A stretch of 64,000 bases of DNA from an uncultured Thermoplasmata archaeon (GTDB taxonomy: Archaea; Thermoplasmatota; Thermoplasmata; RBG-16-68-12), in the NCBI GenBank assembly GCA_963768855.1, contig CAVYJM010000011.1, positions 256,001-320,000 on the forward strand, written 5' to 3'. Positions within the stretch are counted from its first letter, which is position 1. Each line of letters begins with the position of its first letter. This document shows positions 48,195 to 57,676 of this stretch, one piece after another. The translations under genes and the position numbers were made by a program. A model generated the notes under the pieces. It saw only the letters and a program-made list of their open reading frames with translations, had not been told where the DNA came from and did no database searches.

Positions 48195-48866
48195 CTACCG
48201 CAGTCCCTTCACGAGGTCCCGCAATGCCTTCTCTGGGTCCCTCGCCTTGACGACGCCGGATGCCAGCAGCACCCCCACCGTCCCGAGTTCGAGGGCCTTG
48301 CGCACGTCTTTGCGGTCCTTTACTCCGGCGCCGCAAAGCACGCTGACTGAGGAGGACACGGCATGAATCCGCTGGACGGCCCCCGCGACGATTTCCGGGC
48401 TTGCGGTCGTAACGCTGATCTTGCCGCCGATGAGCTCGGGCGGCTCGATGGCGATGTAGTCCGGTCCGAGTCTCGCGAGTGACTCCGCTTCCTTGAGGTC
48501 GTCCGCGCAGGCGATGACCTCCAGTCCAAGCGTCTCGCAGCGGGGGATGAGGACCGCGACGTTCTTGTGCGGGATCTTGCGTTCGCTGTGGTTGAGGAGC
48601 GTCCCTGCGGCTCCCGCCTCGAGGAGCGCCTCGGGCGGCAGCCAGCCGGTGTGGGCGCCCGCCTCTGCTGTGTCTGCGTGCTGTCCGAAGACGGGGATGT
48701 GGACGAGGCGGGCGATGTGGGCGAGATCGGACAAGGGAGGTGCAATCACGATCGACGCGCCCGTGTCCTCCGCGACTTTCGCGCAGGTCTTCGCGAGTTC
48801 CCAGCCGCGCTTTCCGAGGACCTCCGGATAGACCTTGAAGTTCACCACGATGGCGGGGAGACGCAC
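48195..48866 (-). CDS. tpiA: Triosephosphate isomerase (archaeal type)
   Basis: VNFKVY, LNHSER, AIEPPELIG, CGAGV, LLASGV. GTG start at 48866. Confidence 0.95.
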   Translation of the reverse strand: MRLPAIVVNFKVYPEVLGKRGWELAKTCAKVAEDTGASIVIAPPLSDLAHIARLVHIPVFGQHADTAEAGAHTGWLPPEALLEAGAAGTLLNHSERKIPHKNVAVLIPRCETLGLEVIACADDLKEAESLARLGPDYIAIEPPELIGGKISVTTASPEIVAGAVQRIHAVSSSVSVLCGAGVKDRKDVRKALELGTVGVLLASGVVKARDPEKALRDLVKGLR

Positions 48867-48997
48867 GGACCGCGGGAACGGCACGGTACCGGAAATAGGC
48901 TTGGTCCTCTCGCGGTCCGCAACCCATCGCGGCCCAGCTCCCCCTCGGAGCAAACCTCAATATGGTGTCGCACATGTTCCATGCCCGGAGTGGTTGA

Positions 48998-49981
48998 ATG
49001 CGGATCTCGATCGGCAAGCTCCGTGGCCTGCAGCAGATCTCGGACGATGCCGGCCGGTTCACGATGATTGCGATGGACCAGCGGGGTAGTCTGCAAAAGA
49101 TGCTCCATCCGGAGAACCCGAAGGCCGCAAGCTATCCGGAAATGGAGGCGGTCAAGCTCGGGGTGACCCAAGCCCTCGCCCCCTTGGCCAGCGGCTATCT
49201 CCTCGACCCCGAGTTCGGCGTGGGCCCTGCGATTAATCGGTTCGTCCTGCCGGGTCGGACGGGCCTCCTCGTGGCCCTCGAGGCCTCCGGCTACGAGAAG
49301 CAGGGACAGTGGCGTCTCACGAAGCTCCTGGACGGGTGGGGCGTCGAGAAGGTGAAGCGGCTCGGGGCGAGCGCGGCAAAGCTCCTCGTTTTCTTCAATC
49401 CCGATGCACCGCGCGAGGTCGTCGACCACCAGGTCAAGGTCGTCCGGTCCGTCGCGGATGAGTGCAAACGGCTAGACCTGGCGTTTGTCTGCGAACCGAT
49501 GTCTTACCCCGTCGACGAGGGTGACGAGGAGTTCGCTCACCACAAGGCGGACACGATTACCCGCACCGCGGAGACTCTCTCGCCGCTAGGACTCGACGTG
49601 CTCAAGGCAGAGTTCCCCGGGGATGTGAAGTTCACCAAGGATCCGGAGGAACTTCGGAAGAACTGCGAGCGACTCAGCCGCGCGACGAAGGTGCCCTGGG
49701 TCGTGCTGAGTGCGGGCGCGGACTTCGACGTCTTCCGTGGCCTCGTCGAAGTGGCATGCCGGGGCGGAGCCTCCGGGTTCCTCGCGGGACGCGCAATCTG
49801 GAAGGACGCGTTCAAGGAGAAGACCATCGAGCGGCAGATGGAGTATGTGCGGACCCAGGGAGCGAAGAACTTCAAGGCCCTCGCAGACCTGGCGCACCGC
49901 TACGGGCGGCCATGGTGGGATTTCTATGGCGGGAAGGCGAAGTTGGAAGACCACTTCGAGGGATGGTACGTCGCCTACTGA
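48998..49981 (+). CDS. Class I aldolase, LacD (tagatose/sulfofructose bisphosphate aldolase) family
   Basis: AMDQRGSL, LLDPEFG, Schiff-base lysine in DVLKAEFP, WVVLSAG, GFLAGRAIW. Confidence 0.88.
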   Translation: MRISIGKLRGLQQISDDAGRFTMIAMDQRGSLQKMLHPENPKAASYPEMEAVKLGVTQALAPLASGYLLDPEFGVGPAINRFVLPGRTGLLVALEASGYEKQGQWRLTKLLDGWGVEKVKRLGASAAKLLVFFNPDAPREVVDHQVKVVRSVADECKRLDLAFVCEPMSYPVDEGDEEFAHHKADTITRTAETLSPLGLDVLKAEFPGDVKFTKDPEELRKNCERLSRATKVPWVVLSAGADFDVFRGLVEVACRGGASGFLAGRAIWKDAFKEKTIERQMEYVRTQGAKNFKALADLAHRYGRPWWDFYGGKAKLEDHFEGWYVAY

Positions 49982-50006
49982 GACGGGACTCCGGCCGGAC
50001 GTCACG

Positions 50007-50888
50007 TTGGCCGAGCACGCGCGTACGACGGACCCTGAGTTCGCCCAGCTCCTCTCCCGGATTGCGGGACTCACGGGCCGCATTCGGCGGGAACTGCCGA
50101 TTCGCCGGGATCCCGTCGCGACCCGGAACGTCTACGGGGAGCAGCAGCTCGATCTCGATGTGTGGATGAACGATCTGTTCGTGGATATGCTGCGCGATTC
50201 CCACCTGGTCTCCCAGGTCGCGTCGGAGGAGATGGGGGACGTGAAGAAGCTGGGTCGCGGACGGTTCTCGGTGGTCTTGGACCCCCTTGATGGCTCCTCG
50301 AACGTGAAGAGCAACAACATCTTCGGAACCATCTTCGGGGTCTTCGACGGGAAGGATCTTCCGGCCCGCGGCTCCGACCTCTTCGCGGCTGGCTATCTGA
50401 TCTACGGCCCTGCGACGACTCTGGTCTACGCAACACGGGAGGGCGTCCACGAGTTCGTCCACGGCGGTGGGAGCCGGCCCGACGAGTTCTTCCTCATCGA
50501 AGAGGGCTTGCGGCTACCGCCGCGCGGGAAGCTGTACGGCATCGGAGGACATCGGGACAAATGGATCCCTCCGGTGAAGGCCTTCGTGGGCGACCTCGAG
50601 AAGGAGTTGTTGAACCTCCGCTACGGGGGCTCGTTCGTCGGCGACTTCAACCAGATCCTCCACTATGGCGGGTTCTTCGCCTATCCTGCGCAGGTCGACA
50701 AGCCGGAAGGGAAGTACCGTCTTCACTTCGAATCCAATCCGATTTCCTTCATCGTGGAGGCCGCCGGGGGTGCGGGGACGACCGGTAGGGAACGGATCCT
50801 CGACGTCTCCGCAACCGCGATCGAGCAGACCGTGCCGACGTACGTGGGGAACCGGGACCTCGTGGAGCGGTTTCGTTCGCGAGCCTAG
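50007..50888 (+). CDS. fbp: Fructose-1,6-bisphosphatase class I
   Basis: ASEE, DPLDGSSN, GTIFG, LRYGGSFVGD, KYRLHFESNP. TTG start at 50007. Confidence 0.92.
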   Translation: MAEHARTTDPEFAQLLSRIAGLTGRIRRELPIRRDPVATRNVYGEQQLDLDVWMNDLFVDMLRDSHLVSQVASEEMGDVKKLGRGRFSVVLDPLDGSSNVKSNNIFGTIFGVFDGKDLPARGSDLFAAGYLIYGPATTLVYATREGVHEFVHGGGSRPDEFFLIEEGLRLPPRGKLYGIGGHRDKWIPPVKAFVGDLEKELLNLRYGGSFVGDFNQILHYGGFFAYPAQVDKPEGKYRLHFESNPISFIVEAAGGAGTTGRERILDVSATAIEQTVPTYVGNRDLVERFRSRA

Positions 50889-50901
50889 TCCCGCCGGGCG
50901 C

Positions 50902-51507
50902 TCATCGTCGGCGGAAGACCGCGATTAACGCCCTCGGCCCTTGCGCAAACGGACCGTGGAAGAGCGCGTCTTCGATCGACAGGACCTCGAAAGAAGCTTG
51001 GAATACGCTGCGGAGCTCCGCGGGCGAAAAGTGGTACGGCCCCTCCTGCCTCGGCTCCTTGTCCGAGAAGGCTTTCAGGAAGAGAAAGCCTCGCGGCCGG
51101 AGGATGCGGTGGATCGTGCCCACGTATGTCGGTCGTGACCCCGGAGGGAGGGTGTGGAACATGCCGCGGTCGAGGATCGCGTCCACGAGCTCATCGGGGA
51201 GCTTTGATGCGAGGATATCGTCGACGCGGAAGTCGACCCGCACCTTTTCGCGGTCCGCGGCATGCTTCGCCTTTCCGATCGCCGAACCGGCGATGTCCGT
51301 TCCCGCGACCTCGTATCCGCGTTTGGCGAGCGCAATCGCCTGTGTGGCCGGACCCGTTCCCAGATCGAGGATCCGTGCGGGCGGTTTGAGGTACGTCTCG
51401 AGCGCGCGAGCGAAATCCCGATCAAGATCCGGGGTGTACCAGGGGAGCTGGGACACCTCGGAGGTGCGATACAGCTGTTCCCACCAGTTCGGCGCGCCCA
51501 CCGACAT
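50902..51507 (-). CDS. Class I SAM-dependent methyltransferase (TehB/TPMT-like)
   Basis: ILDLGTGP, DRGMFHTL, ILRPRG. Start at ATG 51507. Confidence 0.87.
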   Translation of the reverse strand: MSVGAPNWWEQLYRTSEVSQLPWYTPDLDRDFARALETYLKPPARILDLGTGPATQAIALAKRGYEVAGTDIAGSAIGKAKHAADREKVRVDFRVDDILASKLPDELVDAILDRGMFHTLPPGSRPTYVGTIHRILRPRGFLFLKAFSDKEPRQEGPYHFSPAELRSVFQASFEVLSIEDALFHGPFAQGPRALIAVFRRR

Positions 51508-51539
51508 TCCACGCGGCCCCAGGCCTTGTCGTTTTGCCT

Positions 51540-52379
51540 TCAGCCCTTTTCCGCAGAGATCATCGCGAAGCACGCGCGCGACTCCTCGAAGGGCTTGCCG
51601 CGGTACATCCGCGTGGAGTGGTCCGGGCGCGTGAAGCCAAGCTCTTCAGTGATCCGAAGGGACGCGTCGTGGTATCCGCCGACGCACATGCGGAAGGTCT
51701 TGCCCCTTGTGCTAGCCAGCGCGGATTGGAGAAGGTCCGCCGCGGCACCCGGGTCGTCTGGATCCGCCACCCACGGCCCGATGGGGTCCCGCCACTCGCC
51801 GCGTCGAACGATGATGTAGCCGCGGATCTTCCCGCGTCTCCGGATCAGGAATGCCCGGTCCGGATAGTCGGCGAGGATCGCCTCGAGGGCGCGGCTCCGG
51901 TCGAGTCCGGTCATCTCCATGTCGAAAGCGAACAAGGCCGGGTAGTCCATGGCTTTCAGCCTCATCGCCTTCGGCGTGCCTTCGACGCCGTCCGCCAGGA
52001 GGCGCCAGGACGGGTACTCCTCGATGAAGCCGAACCGCGCGTAGAACGGCTCGACGCCTCCGACGCTGTCGAGCTTCGTGCAGACGATGCCCCGGCGGTC
52101 CACGAAGTCGAGGCAGGCGCGCATCAAGGCCTCCCCGACTCCTCGATGGCGGAGGTCCTTGAGCACGATCATCGAGTGGATCCACGCAAACCCTCCGAAA
52201 GTCAAGGCCGCGGCCGTCCCCGCGGGAATCCCGTCGGCCACCGCTTTGAACGCGCCCTCAGGCTCGAGGCGCAGCAGGCGCACCCAGTCCGGAGGCGTGC
52301 GGTGCCACCCTTCCGCGTCCGTCAGGAGCATCCCGAAGGGAACGTCCGCCAGGGTCAACGCGCCGACCTCGAGCGCCAT
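51540..52379 (-). CDS. GNAT family N-acetyltransferase (tandem domain)
   Basis: Acetyl-CoA motif RHRGVGEALM, FYARFGF, IGPWVA. Confidence 0.88.
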   Translation of the reverse strand: MALEVGALTLADVPFGMLLTDAEGWHRTPPDWVRLLRLEPEGAFKAVADGIPAGTAAALTFGGFAWIHSMIVLKDLRHRGVGEALMRACLDFVDRRGIVCTKLDSVGGVEPFYARFGFIEEYPSWRLLADGVEGTPKAMRLKAMDYPALFAFDMEMTGLDRSRALEAILADYPDRAFLIRRRGKIRGYIIVRRGEWRDPIGPWVADPDDPGAAADLLQSALASTRGKTFRMCVGGYHDASLRITEELGFTRPDHSTRMYRGKPFEESRACFAMISAEKG

Positions 52380-52425
52380 GCCTCGCGGTCATCCCGCAAG
52401 GCGGACTTGACTCTTTCGCGGGAAC

Positions 52426-54096
52426 TCAGAAGAGGCCCTTGATGATCCCCTTCTCGTCGATGTCCATGTGGACCGCGGCGGGCTCAGCACCCAGGCCGGG
52501 CATCCGCATCATGTCGCCGGCGAGGGCCACTAGGTACCCCGCGCCCGAGCTGGCGCGCACGCCGCGAATCTTGAGGTTCCAGCCGTTCGGCGCCCCCAGG
52601 ACCCTTTCGTCATCCGTGAGGGACATCTGGGTCTTCGCCAGGCACACAGGAAGGTCCGCGAGCCCGGCGTTCTCCATGAACTTCATGTCGTCCCTCGCGG
52701 AGTTCACGAAGTCCACGCCCCCGGCCCCGTAGATCCGCGTCGCGATCTTGGCGACCTTCTCCTCGAACGGATCGTCCACCTTGTAGACGAACTTCAGGGA
52801 GTGGGCCGAGTGGTTCGCCGCCTCGATCACAAGCTTCCCGAGCTCGAGGCCCCCCTGGCCGCCGTCCATGTAGCCCGTGTGGGGGGCGGACCGGACGCCC
52901 TGGTCCTGGCAGTGTTCGACGAGCGCGTCGATCTCCCGCTGCGTGTCCGTAACAAAGCGGTTCACCGCGACCACGGCCGGAACGCCCAGCGCTTTCAGGA
53001 TGCGGACGTGGGCGTCGAGGTTCGGGAGGCCGGCCTCGAGGGCCTTCAGGTTCTCCTCCTTGATCGCCTTCTCCTTGATCCCGCCATGGTGCTTCATCGC
53101 TCGAACCGTTGTCACGAGGACGGCCGCGTCGGGTGCATACCCGCTCTGTCGGCAGACGAGGTCCACGAACTTCTCCGCCCCAAGATCCGAGGCGAAGCCC
53201 GCTTCCGTGAACACGATGTCCGCGGAGCCGAGGGCCAGCCGGTCCGAGAGGATCGAGTTGTGCCCGTGAGCGATGTTGCCGAACGGACCGCCATGGACGA
53301 AGGCCGGCGTGCCCTCGAGGGTCTGCACGAGGTTCGGCATCAGGGCGTCCTTCAGGAGGATCGCGCAGGCGCCGTCGGACTTGATGTCCTTCGCCCAGAC
53401 CGGCCCACCCGTGCGGTTGAACGCGACCAGGATTCGCCGCAGCCGGTCCTTGAGATCCTTGACGCCCTCCGTCATGCAGAGGATCGCCATGACCTCGCTC
53501 GCCGCGGTAATCACGAACCCGTCCTCACGGGGGACGCCGTTCTTGGGCCCGCCCAGTCCGTCCACGATGGACCGCAGCTGACGGTCGTTCATGTCCATGC
53601 AGCGGGCGAAGTTCACGTGGCCCGGGTCCACGTCGAGTTCGTTCCCGTGGAAGACGTGGGCGTCCATCATCGCCGCGATCAGGTTGTTCGCTGCGGTGAC
53701 CGCGTGGATGTCCCCCGTGAAGTGCAGGTTGATGTCCTCCATGGGGAGGACCTGGGCATGGCCGCCGCCGGCGGCACCGCCCTTGACGCCGAAGACGGGT
53801 CCGAGGGAGGGCTCCCTGAGGGTGATCGTGGCCTTGGTGCCAAGGCGGTTCGCGGCTTGGCCCAGGGTGACGGTGGTCAGGGTCTTCCCCTCGCCGTGCT
53901 TCGTCGGGGTCGTCGCGGTGACAAGGACCAGTTTCGCCCGCGGATGCTTCTTGGCCCTCTCGACGGCGCCGAGACGGACCTTCGCGATGTGCGGTCCGTG
54001 GAGGACGAGGTCCTCCGGACCAATCCCGAGGTCCGCGGCCACGTCCCCAATCGGGCGCAGTTTCGCCGACTGTGCAATCTGTATGTCCGTGGGCAT
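52426..54096 (-). CDS. fhs: Formate--tetrahydrofolate ligase
   Basis: TPTKHGEGKT, REPSLGP, GGAAGGG, HGGPFGNIAHG, TEAGF, MRMPGL. Confidence 0.96.
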   Translation of the reverse strand: MPTDIQIAQSAKLRPIGDVAADLGIGPEDLVLHGPHIAKVRLGAVERAKKHPRAKLVLVTATTPTKHGEGKTLTTVTLGQAANRLGTKATITLREPSLGPVFGVKGGAAGGGHAQVLPMEDINLHFTGDIHAVTAANNLIAAMMDAHVFHGNELDVDPGHVNFARCMDMNDRQLRSIVDGLGGPKNGVPREDGFVITAASEVMAILCMTEGVKDLKDRLRRILVAFNRTGGPVWAKDIKSDGACAILLKDALMPNLVQTLEGTPAFVHGGPFGNIAHGHNSILSDRLALGSADIVFTEAGFASDLGAEKFVDLVCRQSGYAPDAAVLVTTVRAMKHHGGIKEKAIKEENLKALEAGLPNLDAHVRILKALGVPAVVAVNRFVTDTQREIDALVEHCQDQGVRSAPHTGYMDGGQGGLELGKLVIEAANHSAHSLKFVYKVDDPFEEKVAKIATRIYGAGGVDFVNSARDDMKFMENAGLADLPVCLAKTQMSLTDDERVLGAPNGWNLKIRGVRASSGAGYLVALAGDMMRMPGLGAEPAAVHMDIDEKGIIKGLF

Positions 54097-54240
54097 CCGC
54101 GGTCCTCCTTTCCTCGACGGTAGGGGGGGTCGCCATAAATCAGTTCTGCATTTACCGGGTAATTTCGCCATGGTGTGCCGGTACAGGAGGTATGACCGCC
54201 CGCGGGCGCGAGTCGGGAAGGCGGGGCCGTTCTTCCGACA

Positions 54241-54972
54241 TTACTTCATCAACAGCGCCGCGCGGATTTCCTTCAGTCCCCGCACCCGTCCGAATTCGAG
54301 GAGCCCCTCGTGTTCGTCGACGCCGATGACGCGCGCGTCGTCGATGCCCGTCCGGTTGAGGATGGGCGAGAGGTACGGATAGGATGACACGTCCACTCCG
54401 AGGGCGAGCGGGCTGAACGCGGGCAGGACGATCAGCCGCTCCGTCACGAGGAAGGCTGGCACGCTGACGACCGCGCCGAGCTCGTCCTTGAGCTTGACCG
54501 CCGGATGCTCGTGCCCCATCACGATCGGATGGAGCGTGGAGACCTCTTCGTGGCCGTGGACGATCGTGTAGCCCCCAATGTCCGCCCGGTCGTGGAGGGT
54601 GAGGTTGAGATCCCCGAGGATCGTGGCGAGGTAGTTGTCGTGGTTGCCGCGGACCAGGACGGGCGTCACGCGCTCCCGGAGGAACCGCAGGACCTGCTTC
54701 ACCTCGATCCACTCGTCCGTCAGGTTCCGGGAGAACTCGTGCTTGAAGTCGCCCGCTACAACGACTTTCTCGGCCTTCACGCGGTCGAGCATCTTCCCGA
54801 GGCGTTCCAGGATGACGCGACGCTGGAAGCGCGGGATGGAGACGCCCTGCTCCGCGAGCGCCCCTTCGAAACCGAGATGCAGGTCCGAGATGACGAGGGT
54901 TCGTTCGTCACGGAGGAACAGGGCGAAGTCGCGGGTGACGTCCACGCCCTTCGCGACCTCGAGACGGTCCAC
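54241..54972 (-). CDS. Calcineurin-like metallophosphoesterase (COG1407-like)
   Basis: SDLHLG, AGDFKH, RGNHD, HGH, MGHEHP, LPAFS. GTG start at 54972. Confidence 0.88.
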   Translation of the reverse strand: MDRLEVAKGVDVTRDFALFLRDERTLVISDLHLGFEGALAEQGVSIPRFQRRVILERLGKMLDRVKAEKVVVAGDFKHEFSRNLTDEWIEVKQVLRFLRERVTPVLVRGNHDNYLATILGDLNLTLHDRADIGGYTIVHGHEEVSTLHPIVMGHEHPAVKLKDELGAVVSVPAFLVTERLIVLPAFSPLALGVDVSSYPYLSPILNRTGIDDARVIGVDEHEGLLEFGRVRGLKEIRAALLMK

Positions 54973-55015
54973 GTCGCACCGAACACGAAGCGCGGAGATA
55001 AGGGTTGAGTCGCGA

Positions 55016-55465
55016 TCAGATGCTCGGGCAGGTGGTCCCTCGGAACAGGCTCTCGGTGGGGTTGACGGCCCGGGGTGGCGCGATTGCGATCGTGTCAAGG
55101 ATGATGATGTGCGTCGTGTTCTCGCTCTCTGGGAGGAACGTCAAGTTGTAGTGACCCGGCCGGGGCGGGTCGTCGAAGGTGCCGGTGCAATAGAAACGCC
55201 AAGCGCCGGGAGGCGGGATGATAGGCGGCTCGCCCCAGATGGTCACGAACGGCGCGATGCCGTAGTCCGATCCCCAGGAGCCGATGAGCCGGGAGTTGTT
55301 CTCCACCAGCTGGAAGTCCACCTCAAACGGGGGCAGGCCAGGTCCCAACTGGATTCGGGTTCCGTCCGGTACGGGCAGGCCGCAGGTGTAGCCCGGGGCC
55401 GTCGTCCCGTAAACGAACAAGAGGACGAGCATTACGGCCGCAAGACTCACGGCGGGGATCGACAC
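55016..55465 (-). CDS. Hypothetical exported protein; start uncertain (55465 or 55510)
   Basis: N-terminal TM then a Pro/Thr-rich beta segment; codon usage less GC-biased than neighbours. Confidence 0.55.
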   Translation of the reverse strand: MSIPAVSLAAVMLVLLFVYGTTAPGYTCGLPVPDGTRIQLGPGLPPFEVDFQLVENNSRLIGSWGSDYGIAPFVTIWGEPPIIPPPGAWRFYCTGTFDDPPRPGHYNLTFLPESENTTHIIILDTIAIAPPRAVNPTESLFRGTTCPSI

Positions 55466-55635
55466 GCCGCGGCTCCCTCTCACGGAAGCGGAACGGTGGT
55501 CCCAGAGCAAGAATCATTCGGTGTCGTATCCCTCCGCGTCGCTGAAGGGTATGGTGAAATAAAATGTGAGCTCCGCGCCGGCCGCAGCCAGGGGAGCTCG
55601 AACTAAGAAGGTTCGTCGCTCGTGTGCCGTTGCGT

Positions 55636-55809
55636 TTAGAATCGGCGCGGCCGGCGCTTCGCGAAACAGTCTCGGCAGTAGACGGGTCGAGCAGGGTCCG
55701 GTTTGAACGGGACCTGCGTGGCCTGCCCACAGTCTGCGCATACGGCGTCGTACATCTGGCGCGGACCGCGGTCGAAGCCGCCTCGTCTGCCGCCTCTCTC
55801 TTCGTCCAT
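55636..55809 (-). CDS. CxxC-x17-CxxC domain zinc-ribbon protein (57 aa), not in the ORF track
   Basis: MDEERGGRRGGFDRGPRQMYDAVCADCGQATQVPFKPDPARPVYCRDCFAKRRPRRF*. Confidence 0.92.
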   Translation of the reverse strand: MDEERGGRRGGFDRGPRQMYDAVCADCGQATQVPFKPDPARPVYCRDCFAKRRPRRF

Positions 55810-55865
55810 TTACTTACTACCTATCCGGGATTGGACCCGGATGGCGGTGTGACACCCCTACTGAT

Positions 55866-55873
55866 TGATAAAG
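55866..55873 (-). promoter_or_regulatory. TATA-like box of the CxxC-x17-CxxC gene
   Basis: CTTTATCA on the minus strand, about 57 bp upstream of the ATG. Confidence 0.5.
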
Positions 55874-55932
55874 GTGCGTATCCGGTTTGAACTACCCGTT
55901 TCCTGGTCGCCCGTTTGGAACCGGCGCCTGGT

Positions 55933-56886
55933 TCAGCGCAGAGCACGGAGGACGACCTCGGCACGCGGGAACTGATCCTCCGTGAGACGCCCGAGGAGCT
56001 TTCTCCATCGCGGGTTCATCCTCCACGCGGCACGGGCGTCCGCGAGCGCGCCTTCCTCGTTCCCGAGGCGCATTCGCATCGCCGCCCGCCAGAAGAGCAG
56101 CTCATCGTTCCCCGGCGCCATCCGGACGGCCTCGGCGTACCGCCGCTCCGCCTCCCTCGCCCGGCCGTCGAGCACCTCCCGCTCCGCCGCGCCCCTGAGC
56201 TCGTACGCACGCTGCAGCTCCACGAGCCGCCGGAGCTCCCGGATGGGCTGCGCGTGGTCCTCGACGCGGAGGTCCGTCTTCCGCTCCGTCCACGGCTTCC
56301 CGCGCTCGCCCGGACCGACGACGAGGAGGGCGGCGGATTCCATGCCGCGCGCGTCCCCGCCGGCCCGCTGTCCCGCCTCGATGGCGGCCAGGAGGCGCTC
56401 GGCGAGGCGGCCCCGCGTCGACGTGAACGCGCGCCCCATCGCCGGCCAGACCCGGGCTGAGGCGAGCAAGTTCCCCTGGGCCGAATAGTCCCTCCCGATC
56501 ACGTGTCCGGCGTACTCGATGCATCCTGCGCCCGTCCACGCTGCGGCCCGCCCGCGCGCATCGATCACCCCGACCTGCCGCACCTCCCGTTTCGGGTCCC
56601 GGGCCGTGAGCTGACGCAGGACCTTCGAGGGCGGGAGGCGGCGCGCGAGGAGGCGCAGCGAGCGCGGCCCGTACGCCGGCTCGACGAAGGACTGGGTCGC
56701 GACCGCTCCGACGCCATAGGCGGCCCAGGGGACCGCGGACCCCACAGAGAAGTAGTGGGACTGGACCGCGATGCCCAGCTCCTTCGCCCGTGGGTCGCGC
56801 GCGACGATCGAGAAGGTGGAGGCCAGGCGGTCGGGTCCCCCACGGGTTCGGCGGGAGGTCGTAGGATCTCGCATGGGGGGCCTCAA
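55933..56886 (-). CDS. DUF1028 family protein (Ntn-hydrolase-like) with C-terminal TPR-like helices
   Basis: TFSIVARDP, GIAVQS, GAVATQS, QGNLL, GGDARG, DLRVEDH..PI.EL.RL. Confidence 0.88.
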   Translation of the reverse strand: MRPPMRDPTTSRRTRGGPDRLASTFSIVARDPRAKELGIAVQSHYFSVGSAVPWAAYGVGAVATQSFVEPAYGPRSLRLLARRLPPSKVLRQLTARDPKREVRQVGVIDARGRAAAWTGAGCIEYAGHVIGRDYSAQGNLLASARVWPAMGRAFTSTRGRLAERLLAAIEAGQRAGGDARGMESAALLVVGPGERGKPWTERKTDLRVEDHAQPIRELRRLVELQRAYELRGAAEREVLDGRAREAERRYAEAVRMAPGNDELLFWRAAMRMRLGNEEGALADARAAWRMNPRWRKLLGRLTEDQFPRAEVVLRALR

Positions 56887-56949
56887 CCGGCGTCCGCGTC
56901 ATCAGGCTGATGGGCTCGGCGGAGGGTTCCCTGAAATACGCGTCCTACC

Positions 56950-57639
56950 ATGGCGACGCCGATGCGGCTCGCGCTGCTTGCCGACATCCACGCGAACCTC
57001 CCCGCGCTCCAGGCCGTGCTGAGGGACGTGGACACCGTCGGGGCGGATCAGATCTGGGTGGCGGGGGACCTCGTTGGGTACAACCCCTGGCCCAACCAGG
57101 TCCTCCAGGTCCTGCGGGAGCGGAAGGTCCGCGCGATCCGCGGCAACCACGACCGCGCCTCCCTGAGCGGGGACACCTCCTGGCTCAACGAGCTCGCGGC
57201 CGCGGCGGTCCGCTGGACCCGCATCGTGCTCACGCCGGCGAGCGTTGGCTACCTGACATCCCTCGAGGACCGCATGCGGGTCTCCCTGCCGCACGGGATC
57301 GTCGCGATGTACCACGGCAGCCCGCGGAACGACGACGAGTACGTGATGCCCTGGGCCGCGGACGAGGCGCTCATGAGGGTCGCCCAGGCCCACTTCGTCG
57401 TCCTCGGGCACACGCACGTCCCCATGGCCTTCTCCTCCCGCTACGGGATCCTCGTGAATCCGGGGAGCGTCGGCCAGCCGAGGGACCATGATCCTCGTGC
57501 GGCGTGGGCGCTCCTGGAGACGGCGACCGGAGGGGTGCTGGAGCGCCGCGTCCCCTACGACGTCGGAGCGGCGGTCGCGGAGATCCACAAGGCAGGCCTT
57601 CCCGCCGAGCTCGGCGACCGCCTGCAGTGGGGCGTCTAG
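56950..57639 (+). CDS. Metallophosphoesterase family protein
   Basis: ADIHAN, GDLVGY, GNHD, HGSP, GHTH, NPGSVGQPRD. Confidence 0.92.
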   Translation: MATPMRLALLADIHANLPALQAVLRDVDTVGADQIWVAGDLVGYNPWPNQVLQVLRERKVRAIRGNHDRASLSGDTSWLNELAAAAVRWTRIVLTPASVGYLTSLEDRMRVSLPHGIVAMYHGSPRNDDEYVMPWAADEALMRVAQAHFVVLGHTHVPMAFSSRYGILVNPGSVGQPRDHDPRAAWALLETATGGVLERRVPYDVGAAVAEIHKAGLPAELGDRLQWGV

Positions 57640-57676
57640 CCGGAGAGATGATATCGCTCCCGCGGTTCCGGGGGGC

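Noticed and set aside
55514-55741. 75-aa minus-strand ORF from the track
   Set aside because: Overlaps the clearly recognisable CxxC-x17-CxxC gene in another frame; its tail is probably promoter sequence.
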